The notes beneath the pieces were generated by a model that saw nothing but the letters and a program-made list of their open reading frames with translations, did no database searches and was not told where the DNA came from. Shown here piece by piece: positions 44,673 through 54,017 of a stretch of DNA of 64,000 bases. Position 1 is the stretch's first letter. Each line of letters begins with the position of its first letter. The position numbers and the translations under genes are program-made. This DNA is from a virus, in IMG/VR virus record IMGVR_UViG_3300037201_000018, positions 30,384-94,383 of that record; one strand, 5' to 3'.

Positions 44673-45226
44673 CTCTCGGCGACAAGCTACGGAAGGTGGC
44701 AGCGCTGAGTCCCAAGCGGGAGTGGAAGAGACGTCCTGAAATACTTCTGTTCTCGGGGGTCGTCCAGCCCCTGCACGAAGTCTGCCCGCGGGAGATACTT
44801 GGCAGAAAATGGTGGGACCAGACCCGAAAGGAATCTTACAAGTCGACGAACTACCACTGCGTCGCTTGCGGGGTTCACAAGTCTGTCGCTGCGTATCACA
44901 AGTGGCTCGAAGGCCATGAACGCTACGAGGTCGACTACGTCAGAGGGATTCAGACGTACCTGGACACTCAGCCTCTATGTCACTTCTGCCACAGCTACTG
45001 CCACCTTGGAAGACTCAAGGCGCTGCTCGACCGAGGGGAGATCTATCATGCTAAATTCGTCGACATAGTTCAGCACGGGGACCGAGTGCTTGCGGAGGCT
45101 GGGCTGACGAAGATCGTTTACAATGGAGCGATGGCTCCGTGGTCCAAGTGGCGACTGATCCTATTCGGGAAGAAACACCGGCCGAAGTACAGATCTCTGA
45201 AGGCTTGGGAGAAGGCTCACCGATGA
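44669..45226 (+). CDS. HNH-like Zn-binding nuclease
   Basis: CVACG...HE.Y...LCHFCH..CH pattern. Confidence 0.6.
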   Translation: MTLGDKLRKVAALSPKREWKRRPEILLFSGVVQPLHEVCPREILGRKWWDQTRKESYKSTNYHCVACGVHKSVAAYHKWLEGHERYEVDYVRGIQTYLDTQPLCHFCHSYCHLGRLKALLDRGEIYHAKFVDIVQHGDRVLAEAGLTKIVYNGAMAPWSKWRLILFGKKHRPKYRSLKAWEKAHR

Positions 45227-47322
45227 TGCTTGCACTGGACACGGAGGACACTGGTGTAGATTTGCATCATGGGGCGCATCCGTTCTTTGTTTCCTTCTGC
45301 GACGAGGAGGGGAACAACATCTACAGAGAAGACGGAAGTCCCTTCGAGTGGAACGTCGATCCTCTCACTCGCAAGCCCCTCGTAATCTACAACGACCTGA
45401 TCGAGATCCAGAAGCTGATTGATTCAGCCGACGAGTTAATTTTACAAAACCCTGGTTTCGATTGGAGAGCGTTACAGACCGTCTTTTGTGGACGACTCAA
45501 GTGGGACTGGGGTAAGGTTCGTTGCACGTTGAAAGCAGGGCATCTGCTCGCGTCTAACCAACCCCACGACCTAACGACGATGGCTCTCGTCTACTTAGGG
45601 GTCAACGTCCAGCCTTACGAAGACCGCTTGAAAGCTGCTTGTAACGAAGCACGTAGAATCGCTCGGAGCAAGTACCCCGAGTGGCGTATTGCTAAGGAGG
45701 GTCTCCCCGAGATGCCCTCGGCCAAGACAGGGTCGAAGAAGGACAAGAAGGGGGTCGAGTCGGAGAGTCCTTGGAAGTTCGATTGCTGGCTCCCCCGAGC
45801 GATCGCTCTTAAAGAGGACTACCCCAAAAATCACGCATGGTGGACAGTCTTGAGCGAGTATGGCAACTCTGACTCGACTGTAACTCTCCCTCTCTACAAA
45901 ATACAAAAACAGCTCTTAGAGGAAAAAGGACTCTGGAAAATCTACGAAGAGAAGCTGAAGCTCCTCTCGATCATCACGGACATGGAGGAGCGAGGGGTTA
46001 CGGCGAGCCAAAAGCGATGCCGAGAGTTGGGGAAGAGGTACAAAGACGAGTCAGCGCAAGCAGGAAGGCTCTGCGTCAACATCGCAAAAAGCTATGACTA
46101 TGACCTCACTCTTCCTAAGTCCGGAAATAATGGGTCGCTTGTTAAGTTCTGCTTTGGGCCTCTTGGTTTGGAGTCTCTCAAGAAAAGCAAGAAGACGGGT
46201 GAACCTTCGCTCGACAAGGAGGTGCTTGAGCAGTACGAGATTACGCTCTCAACTCGCAGCAAGCCGTTCCACTTTGTGAGGGCAATACGGGGCAAACGTA
46301 AGAGGGACACCGCGATCGGGTTCATCAACTCCTACGCTGATAAGTTTGGAATACCGTTCTTGGATGACCCAGACTGGATGACTCTCTATCCGGGTCTCAA
46401 CGATACAGGAACTGGAACTCTAAGGGGTGCGTCGTCAAATCCGAATGGACAACAAATTAGTAAGAAGGAAGACTTCAACCTCCGGTACTGCTTTGGGCCA
46501 GCACCCGGTCGGGAGTGGTACTCCTGTGACTATGAGAACATTGAACTACGCATCCCCGCTTACGAGTCGGGAGAGCGTGTGATGATAGAACTCTTCGAGA
46601 AACCGGACGAGCCTCCATACTTCGGTAGCTATCACCTGATGAATGCCTCTATTGTCTATCCTGACATCTTTTGGCCTCTAGCCGAGAAGAAGGGCGAGTT
46701 CAAAAAGAAATATGCTTCGACTTGGTATCAATACATTAAGAACTTTGGGTTCGCTGTAGGTTACGGAGCGATGCTTGGAAGCGGCACGGCTGATAGGGCT
46801 GCACACTATGCGGAGTATCTAATTCTCTACCCCAATCGACGAGGATCGGGTGGGGCGCAAGAGCAAGTTGTTAGCCGCCTTAAAGAACATTCAAAACTCA
46901 ACAAGAAATATATCGACTTCGCTGAGAAGCATAACTACGTCGAGACGCTACCGGACAAGACCGTCGATCCAACTCGTGGCTACCCGATTATGTGCTCACG
47001 ATCGCCGTGGGGAAAAATCAGTCCTACAATCCCCCTGAACTATCACGTCCAATCGACTGCGATGTGGTGTACGACGAAGAGCATGATTCGCTGCGCCGAG
47101 TATCTCAAGTCTTATCCATCCCACTTCATGACCCTCCAGGTTCACGATGAAATCGTCTTTGACTTCCCTCAGGGAGATAAGCGGAACGGAAGGATCATCA
47201 TGATGGTAAAGAGCCTGATGGAACAGTCAGGGGAAGACATCGGTATTCCGCTAACTGTCGCTGTAAACCGCCACTCGAATAACTGGAGTGAGTCGGATTC
47301 AGATTGGAGTGTTGCAACCTAA
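45223..47322 (+). CDS. polA: DNA polymerase family A (3'-5' exonuclease + polymerase)
   Basis: ALDTEDTG; T.TLR..SSNPN.QQI; DYENIELRI; K..GFA..YG; LNY.VQSTA; LQVHDE. Confidence 0.92.
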   Translation: MMLALDTEDTGVDLHHGAHPFFVSFCDEEGNNIYREDGSPFEWNVDPLTRKPLVIYNDLIEIQKLIDSADELILQNPGFDWRALQTVFCGRLKWDWGKVRCTLKAGHLLASNQPHDLTTMALVYLGVNVQPYEDRLKAACNEARRIARSKYPEWRIAKEGLPEMPSAKTGSKKDKKGVESESPWKFDCWLPRAIALKEDYPKNHAWWTVLSEYGNSDSTVTLPLYKIQKQLLEEKGLWKIYEEKLKLLSIITDMEERGVTASQKRCRELGKRYKDESAQAGRLCVNIAKSYDYDLTLPKSGNNGSLVKFCFGPLGLESLKKSKKTGEPSLDKEVLEQYEITLSTRSKPFHFVRAIRGKRKRDTAIGFINSYADKFGIPFLDDPDWMTLYPGLNDTGTGTLRGASSNPNGQQISKKEDFNLRYCFGPAPGREWYSCDYENIELRIPAYESGERVMIELFEKPDEPPYFGSYHLMNASIVYPDIFWPLAEKKGEFKKKYASTWYQYIKNFGFAVGYGAMLGSGTADRAAHYAEYLILYPNRRGSGGAQEQVVSRLKEHSKLNKKYIDFAEKHNYVETLPDKTVDPTRGYPIMCSRSPWGKISPTIPLNYHVQSTAMWCTTKSMIRCAEYLKSYPSHFMTLQVHDEIVFDFPQGDKRNGRIIMMVKSLMEQSGEDIGIPLTVAVNRHSNNWSESDSDWSVAT

Positions 47323-48089
47323 TGCCTTTACCTCCGTCGCCACCAAAACGGCAACCTCAATTCCGTCCAGTCAGACTGCACGAATGCACCCCCCTCGTGC
47401 TTGAGCATCACTACTCTCGAAGGCTACCATCGATCGTGAAGGTTTGCTACGGAGACCTAGACTACTCGCCCGTTCGTAAGTTGTGGGCTTGCTGTTTATT
47501 TTCGGAAGCAACCGGCCGTTGGGATAACGACGAGGATCTTTGGGAGTTGACGAGACTCGTGCGTTTACCATCCTATCAGACTCCTCTGACGAAGCTGATT
47601 GGTAAGGCAATCGGCTACCTCCGCCAAAACAAGTTGATGGACCTCGTCATCTCGTTCGCAGACTTGGAGGAAGACCATCATGGAGGCATCTACCAAGCGT
47701 CCTCGTGGGTCTACGACGGCCTACGCAGTGAAAGGTTGGATGGATTCAATATTGATGGGGTCTTCGTGCCGGCGAGGACGTGCAACGGTCGGTATGGGAC
47801 GAGTTCCTTCAAGCAACTCGCTCAGAAGTTGGGGGCTGAGCATGTTGAAGCGCACTTTGATAATGGGAAACATTGCTATTGGAAGGCGTTGAGTAAGGAG
47901 GGGATGCAAAAGGCAATGCGACTCGGACTAAGGAGTCGTAGTTATCCTAAACCGATGCTCGGAAAGGAGATAGAGACTAACTTGTCAGTGACACCTCAGC
48001 TGAGGAAGGGGGTCATTCAATTACCGCAAACACAACGCACGTACATTAAGCCCGAGACGTTTGAGGGGGGAGTAGACATCACTGACTAA
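47322..48089 (+). CDS. Mom-like (GNAT-fold) DNA modification protein
   Basis: EHHYSRR; WELTRLV; VISFAD....H.GGIYQASSW.Y.G; K..Y. Confidence 0.75.
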   Translation: MPLPPSPPKRQPQFRPVRLHECTPLVLEHHYSRRLPSIVKVCYGDLDYSPVRKLWACCLFSEATGRWDNDEDLWELTRLVRLPSYQTPLTKLIGKAIGYLRQNKLMDLVISFADLEEDHHGGIYQASSWVYDGLRSERLDGFNIDGVFVPARTCNGRYGTSSFKQLAQKLGAEHVEAHFDNGKHCYWKALSKEGMQKAMRLGLRSRSYPKPMLGKEIETNLSVTPQLRKGVIQLPQTQRTYIKPETFEGGVDITD

Positions 48090-48091
48090 AC

Positions 48092-48133
48092 AAAAACGCC
48101 CACGAAGAGTTGTACCTCGTGGGCGTTGCTTTG
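48092..48133. terminator. bidirectional rho-independent terminator
   Basis: AACGCCCACGA/TCGTGGGCGTT stem between convergent genes, with A and T tracts on either side. Confidence 0.7.
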
Positions 48134-48148
48134 ATGGGATATGAGTGA

Positions 48149-48694
48149 TTACTCAGCCTTGGATGCAGCCTTCTCGGCTCGTTCGAGGACCTTACGACCG
48201 TCGGCCGTGATGGAGTGCATGTGGTGGCTACGTTGATTCTTGTCCGGCTGATATTCGGAGATGAACATGAGGGGTGGCTTTTGCTCCATCAAATTCCAAA
48301 GACTCTTCAGCCACGTTCCGCTGTACTTTTTGTCGATTCCGATCCCGACGGCCTCCTTGATTTGGTTCCGGTTCAACTCGCCTCGTCCGTGGTCGCGAAG
48401 CACTCGGAGGATTCGCACTTGGTCGACGTTCAGCGATCCATCGCTGTGCTTAGAGACCTTACGAGCATCGTCCTTCGCCGGCCGCTTTGTGCTCGTCTTC
48501 GTTGGCTTGGCCTTTGCCTTGTGAACGGTTGCGTGCGATTTGCCGTTCGATTGGACCTTCGCTGCTTGCTTGGCCTTCCGATTGGCTTTCTTCTGGACCT
48601 TGGTGGGAGCAGCCTTGTTGGTCTGTGTCTCTTCGGTAACGGGTTGCTCGATTGTGGGTGACTCTCCGACTGCGACGGGTGCTTCGGGTGCCAT
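48149..48694 (-). CDS. Lys/Ala-rich histone-like + winged-helix DNA-binding protein
   Basis: Basic disordered N-terminal half; C-terminal QVRILRVL...LNR.QIK...ITADGRKVL. Confidence 0.55.
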   Translation of the reverse strand: MAPEAPVAVGESPTIEQPVTEETQTNKAAPTKVQKKANRKAKQAAKVQSNGKSHATVHKAKAKPTKTSTKRPAKDDARKVSKHSDGSLNVDQVRILRVLRDHGRGELNRNQIKEAVGIGIDKKYSGTWLKSLWNLMEQKPPLMFISEYQPDKNQRSHHMHSITADGRKVLERAEKAASKAE

Positions 48695-48831
48695 TGTTTC
48701 GCTCCAGTTTGGTTTGAGATGTTGCTGGCGTAATTGCCATCCCTGATTGTAACGGAAGACCAGTCACGTGGGATGAGAAAATCCCAGGAATTTTGCTAAA
48801 ATTACGTAAGTCTTTACATAATAAGGAGAAA

Positions 48832-49115
48832 TGATGCCAAATCAGGCGTGGTGTTCGATTTGCGGGCCATGTCCGCACCAACTCCGGGAGATTCAACTGG
48901 CGAATGAAGCTGTTGAGCCTAAACAAAAAACAGGCGGACCTCACGCGATGCTCGACCTTGAAAATGGGTTCGAGGTTGCTCGGCGAATCGCGTCATGGCT
49001 ACCTCCAGCCGACAAGACACGAGCGATGAGCCAAATTGAACGAGCCGAGAAGCGGTACACTGAACAGACGAAGGCTGCAAAAACGATGGAGCAAGTACGT
49101 CATGCCAAGAGTTGA
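48832..49115 (+). CDS. hypothetical protein
   Basis: AAGGAG RBS. Confidence 0.45.
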
Positions 49116-52100
49116 AGCGAAGGAGCCAGAGAAGTTACGTCCTTATTTATTTCATGGAGTTGATCTCTCGTGGAAGGATGGGGACGACCAGGCGACCGGG
49201 GACTGCCCCTGGTGCGGAAGAGAGGGGAAGTTCTCGATCCTGATCGAGACGGGTCAGTGGAGGTGCTTCGTCTGCTCGGAGGGCAACGAGAAGGGAGGCG
49301 GCAACGCGGTCGTCTTCCTCCGGATGCTGCATCTCAAATCGTATGAATCAACGGGTCTCCCTGCTTATTCTGAGCTGGGTGAAGAGCGTCGGCTGCTGAA
49401 CGACGAGTCGCTCCTGCTGTGGGGGGCTGCGAAGTCGATCACGACTGGGGATTGGCTGCTTCCTGGCCACGGGGCCGACGGCAAGCTAAACCAGCTGTAC
49501 CGCTACTCTTCGGCGGGAGGACGCAAGACGCTGCTCGCGACTCCTACGTTGGGTCACCAGCTGTTCGGCGTCGACCTCTATCAGTCGGACAAGGACGTCG
49601 TCTACCTGTGCTATTCAGATGATACTGAGGTTCTTACGTCCGGAGGGTGGACGTTATTCAAAGACCTGAGGAAGACCGACGAAGTAGCTTCATACCTCAT
49701 CGACGGGTCGATCGTATTTGAGGTTCCGAAAGCGTCTCAGTGCCTAGATTACTCCGGCCCGATGGTGAATTTCAAAGCCGAATGGTGCGACCTCCTAGTG
49801 ACCCCTGACCATCGGATGCTCTACAAATACTCGGGGATGAGTGTCGGAAAAGTGAGACTCGCTAAAGACCTAGGATCTCAGGTGAAACTCCCAACTACAG
49901 GAGTCTATGACACTTGGTCGACGTCGATAAGTGAGGTCGAGGCAAGACTCTTGGTAGCTTTCGTAGCCGATGGGTGCATCCGTCGCGGGTTTCAACTGGA
50001 GTTCAGTTTTCACAAAGACAGGAAGAAAGCCAGACTGAAGGGACTGTTAGACGAGGCCGGAATACCCTACAAGATCGCCGGCTATTCAAAGGGTAGGCAA
50101 GAATCGATCTTAGTCGACCGTCGTGAGGCCCCATTCTTCATGGACCACTGTCCTCAAAAGACGTGGACTGGCGAAGAGGTCAACTGGCCTCTGCCAGCTC
50201 GCCGAGCGATGATCGACGAACTCCGATACTGGGACGGCGACAGTAGCAAGAACAACATTCGGTACTTCACCTCAAAACACGAGCAGGCTAACGCAGTCTC
50301 TCGTGTCGCTGCCATCTCTGGCTACTCGTGTCAAGTGAGAGTAGAGAAAAGCGAGAGGCCGGAGTGGAGCGACGAAATCATAGTGAGTCTGATGGATAGG
50401 CAATGGAGAGGCATTAGTGCCGTTCCGATCCGTCAAGATTACCGAGGCAAGGTGTACTGTGTCACGGTTTCCTCTGGATTCGTGATAGTGAGACGGAACG
50501 GCAAGACAGTTGTCTCTGGAAATTGCGAGGGGCCTTGGGACGGGATGGCCTTGTGGGAGACGCTGGGGCAGGCGAAGGACACCGAGAAGGGATTGGCGGC
50601 GACGTCGAATCGGGACAGGAGCCTCCTAGCCACGGCGAACGTGCTCGCGGTTCCCGGCTGTACGACGTTCCTTGAGTCCTGGTTGCCGCTTTTCGCCCGC
50701 AAGCACGTCTGTCTGATGTACGACAACGACTATCCTCGGACCCACCCGACCTCCGGCAAGACGGTCGCTCCCGCAGCCTACTCAGCGATGCAACGAGTCG
50801 CTAGTATCCTCTCGGCCGCTGAGGAGCCTCCCAAGTCGATCAAGTGGCTGCGGTGGGGGCCGGACGGCTACGACAAGGACCTCGCGTCGGGATTCGACGT
50901 CCGCGACTTCCTAACGTCGGGGAGGAAGCCCCTAGCCGCCCGCCTAACGAATCTCTCGTGGCTACTCGGGAAACTATCCCCTATCCCGTCCGAGTGGCTC
51001 TCAAGTCAACCTCGCAAGCCTAGCAAGGGGTCTAAATCAACCGACCTAGAGTGCCTACCTTGCCAAGATTGGAAGACGCTGATCTCGGCCTGGCGAAAGG
51101 CGATGAAGTGGACTCCGGGACTCGACTATGCTTTTTCGGTGATGCTGGCGTCGGTCACCTCCACGAAGTCAGTCGGAGACCAGCTCTGGATCAAAGTGGT
51201 CTCGCCTCCATCGACTGGAAAAACATCGTTGTGCGAGGCAATCTCGTTGGCCAAGAAGTGGATCAAGTCGATCGACACCCTAACAGGGATCGTGAGCGGG
51301 TACCAGAAGGACAGCGAAGGTTCCGAAAACATGGGCCTCGTGTCTGAGATTAAAGATAAGACGCTGATCATCAAGGATGGCGACACGCTGCTGAGCGAGC
51401 CGAACCTTGTGAAGATCCTGTCCCAACTCCGGGCCTTCTACGATCGGTCGATACGGTCAAAGTATGGGAACATGATGTCAGCCGACCACGAGGGGATCAA
51501 CACGACGGTCATCATCAGCGGTACGTCGTCCCTGCGACAGTTGGATTCGTCTGAGTTAGGGGAGCGGACCCTCGATTGTGTCATCATGGAGGACATCGAC
51601 GACGAGCTGGAGGACGAGGTATTGCTAAGGGTTGCCCACCGAGCCGAGCGTAGTGCAATGATCGCATCCGATGGCTGTCCGAGCACGCACCAAACCCCTG
51701 AGATGCTAGAGGCGATGCGTCTAACTGCCGGTTACGTCAACAACCTCCGTGAGAACTCGATAGAACGGCTCTCTGAGATCGTCGTGACGGACGAAGACAA
51801 GTACCGCTGCACCCGACTCGGTAAGTTCGTCTCGTTCATGCGGGCGAGGCCCTCGAAGCGGCAGGAAGAGATGGCCGAGCGTGAGTTCGCGGCTCGGCTG
51901 GTCTCGCAGCTCGTGCGATTAATGATGTGCATGGCGGTCGTCCTTAAAAAGAAGCGAGTCGACGCAGAGGTGATGAGGAGGGTCAAGAAGGTCGCGATGG
52001 ACACGGCTCGGGGGCAGACGATGGAAGTCGCTCGACACCTCTATAGAGCAGAGAATGAACGCTGCAACGTCTGCGAGAGGGTCCCGCCGAAGGTAGGAGA

Positions 52101-52335
52101 GACCTGCAACGTCTGTCTATCAGGCGGTCTCACAATCGGATCGATCGCCTCGTTCACGAACCACACGGAGGACAAAACACGGACGATCATGAGGTTCCTG
52201 AGACGAATCAGAGCCGCCGAGAGCTTCCAGGTCAAGACGAAGGGGATCGGTGGCGGGGTCCGCTGGAGACTGACGAAGCGGGTGAGCAGACTCTACGCCG
52301 AAGTAATGGAGGAACCTGTCCATGAGAATATGTGA
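49102..52335 (+). CDS. primase-helicase (Zn finger + Toprim + AAA+/MCM-like ATPase) containing an intein
   Basis: CPWCG...CFVC; spliced YL-CEGPWDG; YDND (Toprim DxD); SPPSTGKT; IIKDG. Confidence 0.85.
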   Translation: MPRVEAKEPEKLRPYLFHGVDLSWKDGDDQATGDCPWCGREGKFSILIETGQWRCFVCSEGNEKGGGNAVVFLRMLHLKSYESTGLPAYSELGEERRLLNDESLLLWGAAKSITTGDWLLPGHGADGKLNQLYRYSSAGGRKTLLATPTLGHQLFGVDLYQSDKDVVYLCYSDDTEVLTSGGWTLFKDLRKTDEVASYLIDGSIVFEVPKASQCLDYSGPMVNFKAEWCDLLVTPDHRMLYKYSGMSVGKVRLAKDLGSQVKLPTTGVYDTWSTSISEVEARLLVAFVADGCIRRGFQLEFSFHKDRKKARLKGLLDEAGIPYKIAGYSKGRQESILVDRREAPFFMDHCPQKTWTGEEVNWPLPARRAMIDELRYWDGDSSKNNIRYFTSKHEQANAVSRVAAISGYSCQVRVEKSERPEWSDEIIVSLMDRQWRGISAVPIRQDYRGKVYCVTVSSGFVIVRRNGKTVVSGNCEGPWDGMALWETLGQAKDTEKGLAATSNRDRSLLATANVLAVPGCTTFLESWLPLFARKHVCLMYDNDYPRTHPTSGKTVAPAAYSAMQRVASILSAAEEPPKSIKWLRWGPDGYDKDLASGFDVRDFLTSGRKPLAARLTNLSWLLGKLSPIPSEWLSSQPRKPSKGSKSTDLECLPCQDWKTLISAWRKAMKWTPGLDYAFSVMLASVTSTKSVGDQLWIKVVSPPSTGKTSLCEAISLAKKWIKSIDTLTGIVSGYQKDSEGSENMGLVSEIKDKTLIIKDGDTLLSEPNLVKILSQLRAFYDRSIRSKYGNMMSADHEGINTTVIISGTSSLRQLDSSELGERTLDCVIMEDIDDELEDEVLLRVAHRAERSAMIASDGCPSTHQTPEMLEAMRLTAGYVNNLRENSIERLSEIVVTDEDKYRCTRLGKFVSFMRARPSKRQEEMAEREFAARLVSQLVRLMMCMAVVLKKKRVDAEVMRRVKKVAMDTARGQTMEVARHLYRAENERCNVCERVPPKVGETCNVCLSGGLTIGSIASFTNHTEDKTRTIMRFLRRIRAAESFQVKTKGIGGGVRWRLTKRVSRLYAEVMEEPVHENM
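49609..50523 (+). mobile_element. intein (305 aa) with LAGLIDADG-type endonuclease, ending Gly-Asn/+1 Cys
   Basis: CYSDDTEVLT; VTPDHRM; LLVAFVADG; LRYWDG; VYCVTV...VVSGN/C. Confidence 0.92.
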
Positions 52336-52528
52336 TCGCTGTAAAGATGATAAAGGCGTGACGCAAGTCCGTTTGTCTTTGCACTCCGTATTTGTTGACG
52401 GTGGGACAGAGAAGGCAGCGTCCTTACGAAGCTACGACGCCGATCTTTGCAGCTGCTGCGTCGCATCTCTAAAAGAAACGAAGCTCGCCCAGCTGTGGCT
52501 TTCTTTTCTTAAACTTCCTCAAGGCTAA
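52322..52528 (+). CDS. small Zn-binding protein
   Basis: ICDRC...DLCSCC. Confidence 0.5.
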   Translation: MRICDRCKDDKGVTQVRLSLHSVFVDGGTEKAASLRSYDADLCSCCVASLKETKLAQLWLSFLKLPQG

Positions 52529-52531
52529 GAG

Positions 52532-53098
52532 ATGAACAGAGAGCAGTGGCTGACTGAGGTGAGCGAGCTATTGAAACCCGTGTTCCTGCTTCGGGGAGTC
52601 CCGATTAAGCATCGGTACAGAATCACCTGTGGCTGGCCGTGTCGGTTCGGACTCTCTATTCGGCAACGTCGCATCGGCGAGTGCCACTCGGGGTCGGTGA
52701 GCGGCGACAAGGTCTCAGAGGTCTTCATCAGTCCAACCATCGACGATCCGATCGTAGTTGCGGGGGTCGTCTGCCACGAGCTGATCCACGTCGCGGTCGG
52801 GACCAAGGAAGGTCACAAGGGGAAGTTCCGACTCGGTTGCAGATACCTCGGGATGACGGGCAAGATGACTCAAGCAATTCCCGGAGAGAAGCTAGAGGAG
52901 ATACGGAAGTTGATCGAGCCTCTGGGAGAGTATCCGCACAAGGCGATGACGGTCCCCACGAAACTCGTCGCTCGGTCGATCCCGCTCATGAAGCTCATCT
53001 GCGAGTGCGGTTGCGTCGTCAGGATCTCCCAGACTGACTTGGATACGGTCGGCTTCCCGACCTGTGGCTGTGGGTTACTTTTTGGATCTGAAGAATAG
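52532..53098 (+). CDS. SprT-like Zn metalloprotease
   Basis: HELIH...GH.G.F; C-terminal CECG...CGCG. Confidence 0.75.
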   Translation: MNREQWLTEVSELLKPVFLLRGVPIKHRYRITCGWPCRFGLSIRQRRIGECHSGSVSGDKVSEVFISPTIDDPIVVAGVVCHELIHVAVGTKEGHKGKFRLGCRYLGMTGKMTQAIPGEKLEEIRKLIEPLGEYPHKAMTVPTKLVARSIPLMKLICECGCVVRISQTDLDTVGFPTCGCGLLFGSEE

Positions 53099-53355
53099 TG
53101 CCCTATCCTCCCGAACGTAAGCAGACTGAGCCGACGCACCTGTACGCTCTCTGGTCGGACAAGCGGAAGTGCTACCTGAAGGAGGTCGTCAGCGTCATGA
53201 CGTTCGAGGAGAGGGAGTGGGCAGAGAGGTACGCGGGGTTCGAGCACAACCGGAAGTTGAAGTACAGAGTCGTTCGGTTCGTTAAGGAGATGAGTCACTT
53301 GGCGGGAAGGAAGATGGAGAGGTTTGAGGGAGGGGAGGACGTCACTGAGAGATGA
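53098..53355 (+). CDS. hypothetical protein
   Basis: Packed ORF. Confidence 0.45.
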   Translation: MPYPPERKQTEPTHLYALWSDKRKCYLKEVVSVMTFEEREWAERYAGFEHNRKLKYRVVRFVKEMSHLAGRKMERFEGGEDVTER

Positions 53356-53858
53356 TGAAAAACAAAGGATCTCTTAAAGTTAGGTTTCTGAAAAAAGTTA
53401 ATAAGCATGGCCCTCGCGTACCGTTACTTGGAAGATGCTGGGTCTGGACTGGCAGCTCGTTTACTACTGGATACGGTTCGTTTTGGATGTTTGGTAAGCT
53501 GCTTCTAGCGACTAGAGTTGCTTACGAAATTTGGGTCGGCCCTATCCCAACCTTTAAATTCGTTCTACATAAGTGCGATAATCCGTCATGTGTTCGGCCT
53601 TCCCATCTCTACGTTGGAACTCAGCAGGACAACGCTGACGACCGCAAGGCCAGAGGAAGGGGAAGAGCCCACGGTGTAGAGGATAACCTGAGAACAAGGA
53701 GCCTAAACGGTAAGAGGCTAGAGGCAAGGGCGATCAAGGAAATCTGCGATATGAAATTAAGGGGGATTTCAATCGAAACGCTGGCTCATCGATTTGCCGT
53801 AAGAGAGGAAACTATCAAGGCGGCTCTAGAGCAATTAAGTCAGAGGCTTGTTGAGTGA
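53352..53858 (+). CDS. HNH homing endonuclease
   Basis: CWVWTG..GYG; VLHKCDNPSCVRPSHLYVGT..DN..D. Confidence 0.85.
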   Translation: MMKNKGSLKVRFLKKVNKHGPRVPLLGRCWVWTGSSFTTGYGSFWMFGKLLLATRVAYEIWVGPIPTFKFVLHKCDNPSCVRPSHLYVGTQQDNADDRKARGRGRAHGVEDNLRTRSLNGKRLEARAIKEICDMKLRGISIETLAHRFAVREETIKAALEQLSQRLVE

Positions 53859-53975
53859 CTTTCTCTTTACCTCTTACTGTACTCTAAGTAGAGTATAGTA
53901 GTAAGAGCCTCCCCCTCCCTAGCCGAAAGAGGTACTACGAAAGTAGTTTAGTTGGGGTCGTGGGGGAAGTAAAGC
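53859..53975. repeat. intergenic element copy 2 (related to 36395-36500)
   Basis: Shares the GTGGGGGAAGTAAAG 15-mer and upstream TAGTAG-rich blocks. Confidence 0.6.
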
Positions 53976-54017
53976 CCAAAACGGTGGAGCAGTTAAAATA
54001 AACCCGAAGGAGTCCAA

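Noticed and set aside
49036-49101. Longer N-terminal starts given by the ORF track (also 45139, 57992, 35696, 8879, 21522)
   Set aside because: Downstream ATGs have better RBSs or stop-start coupling and avoid long overlaps.
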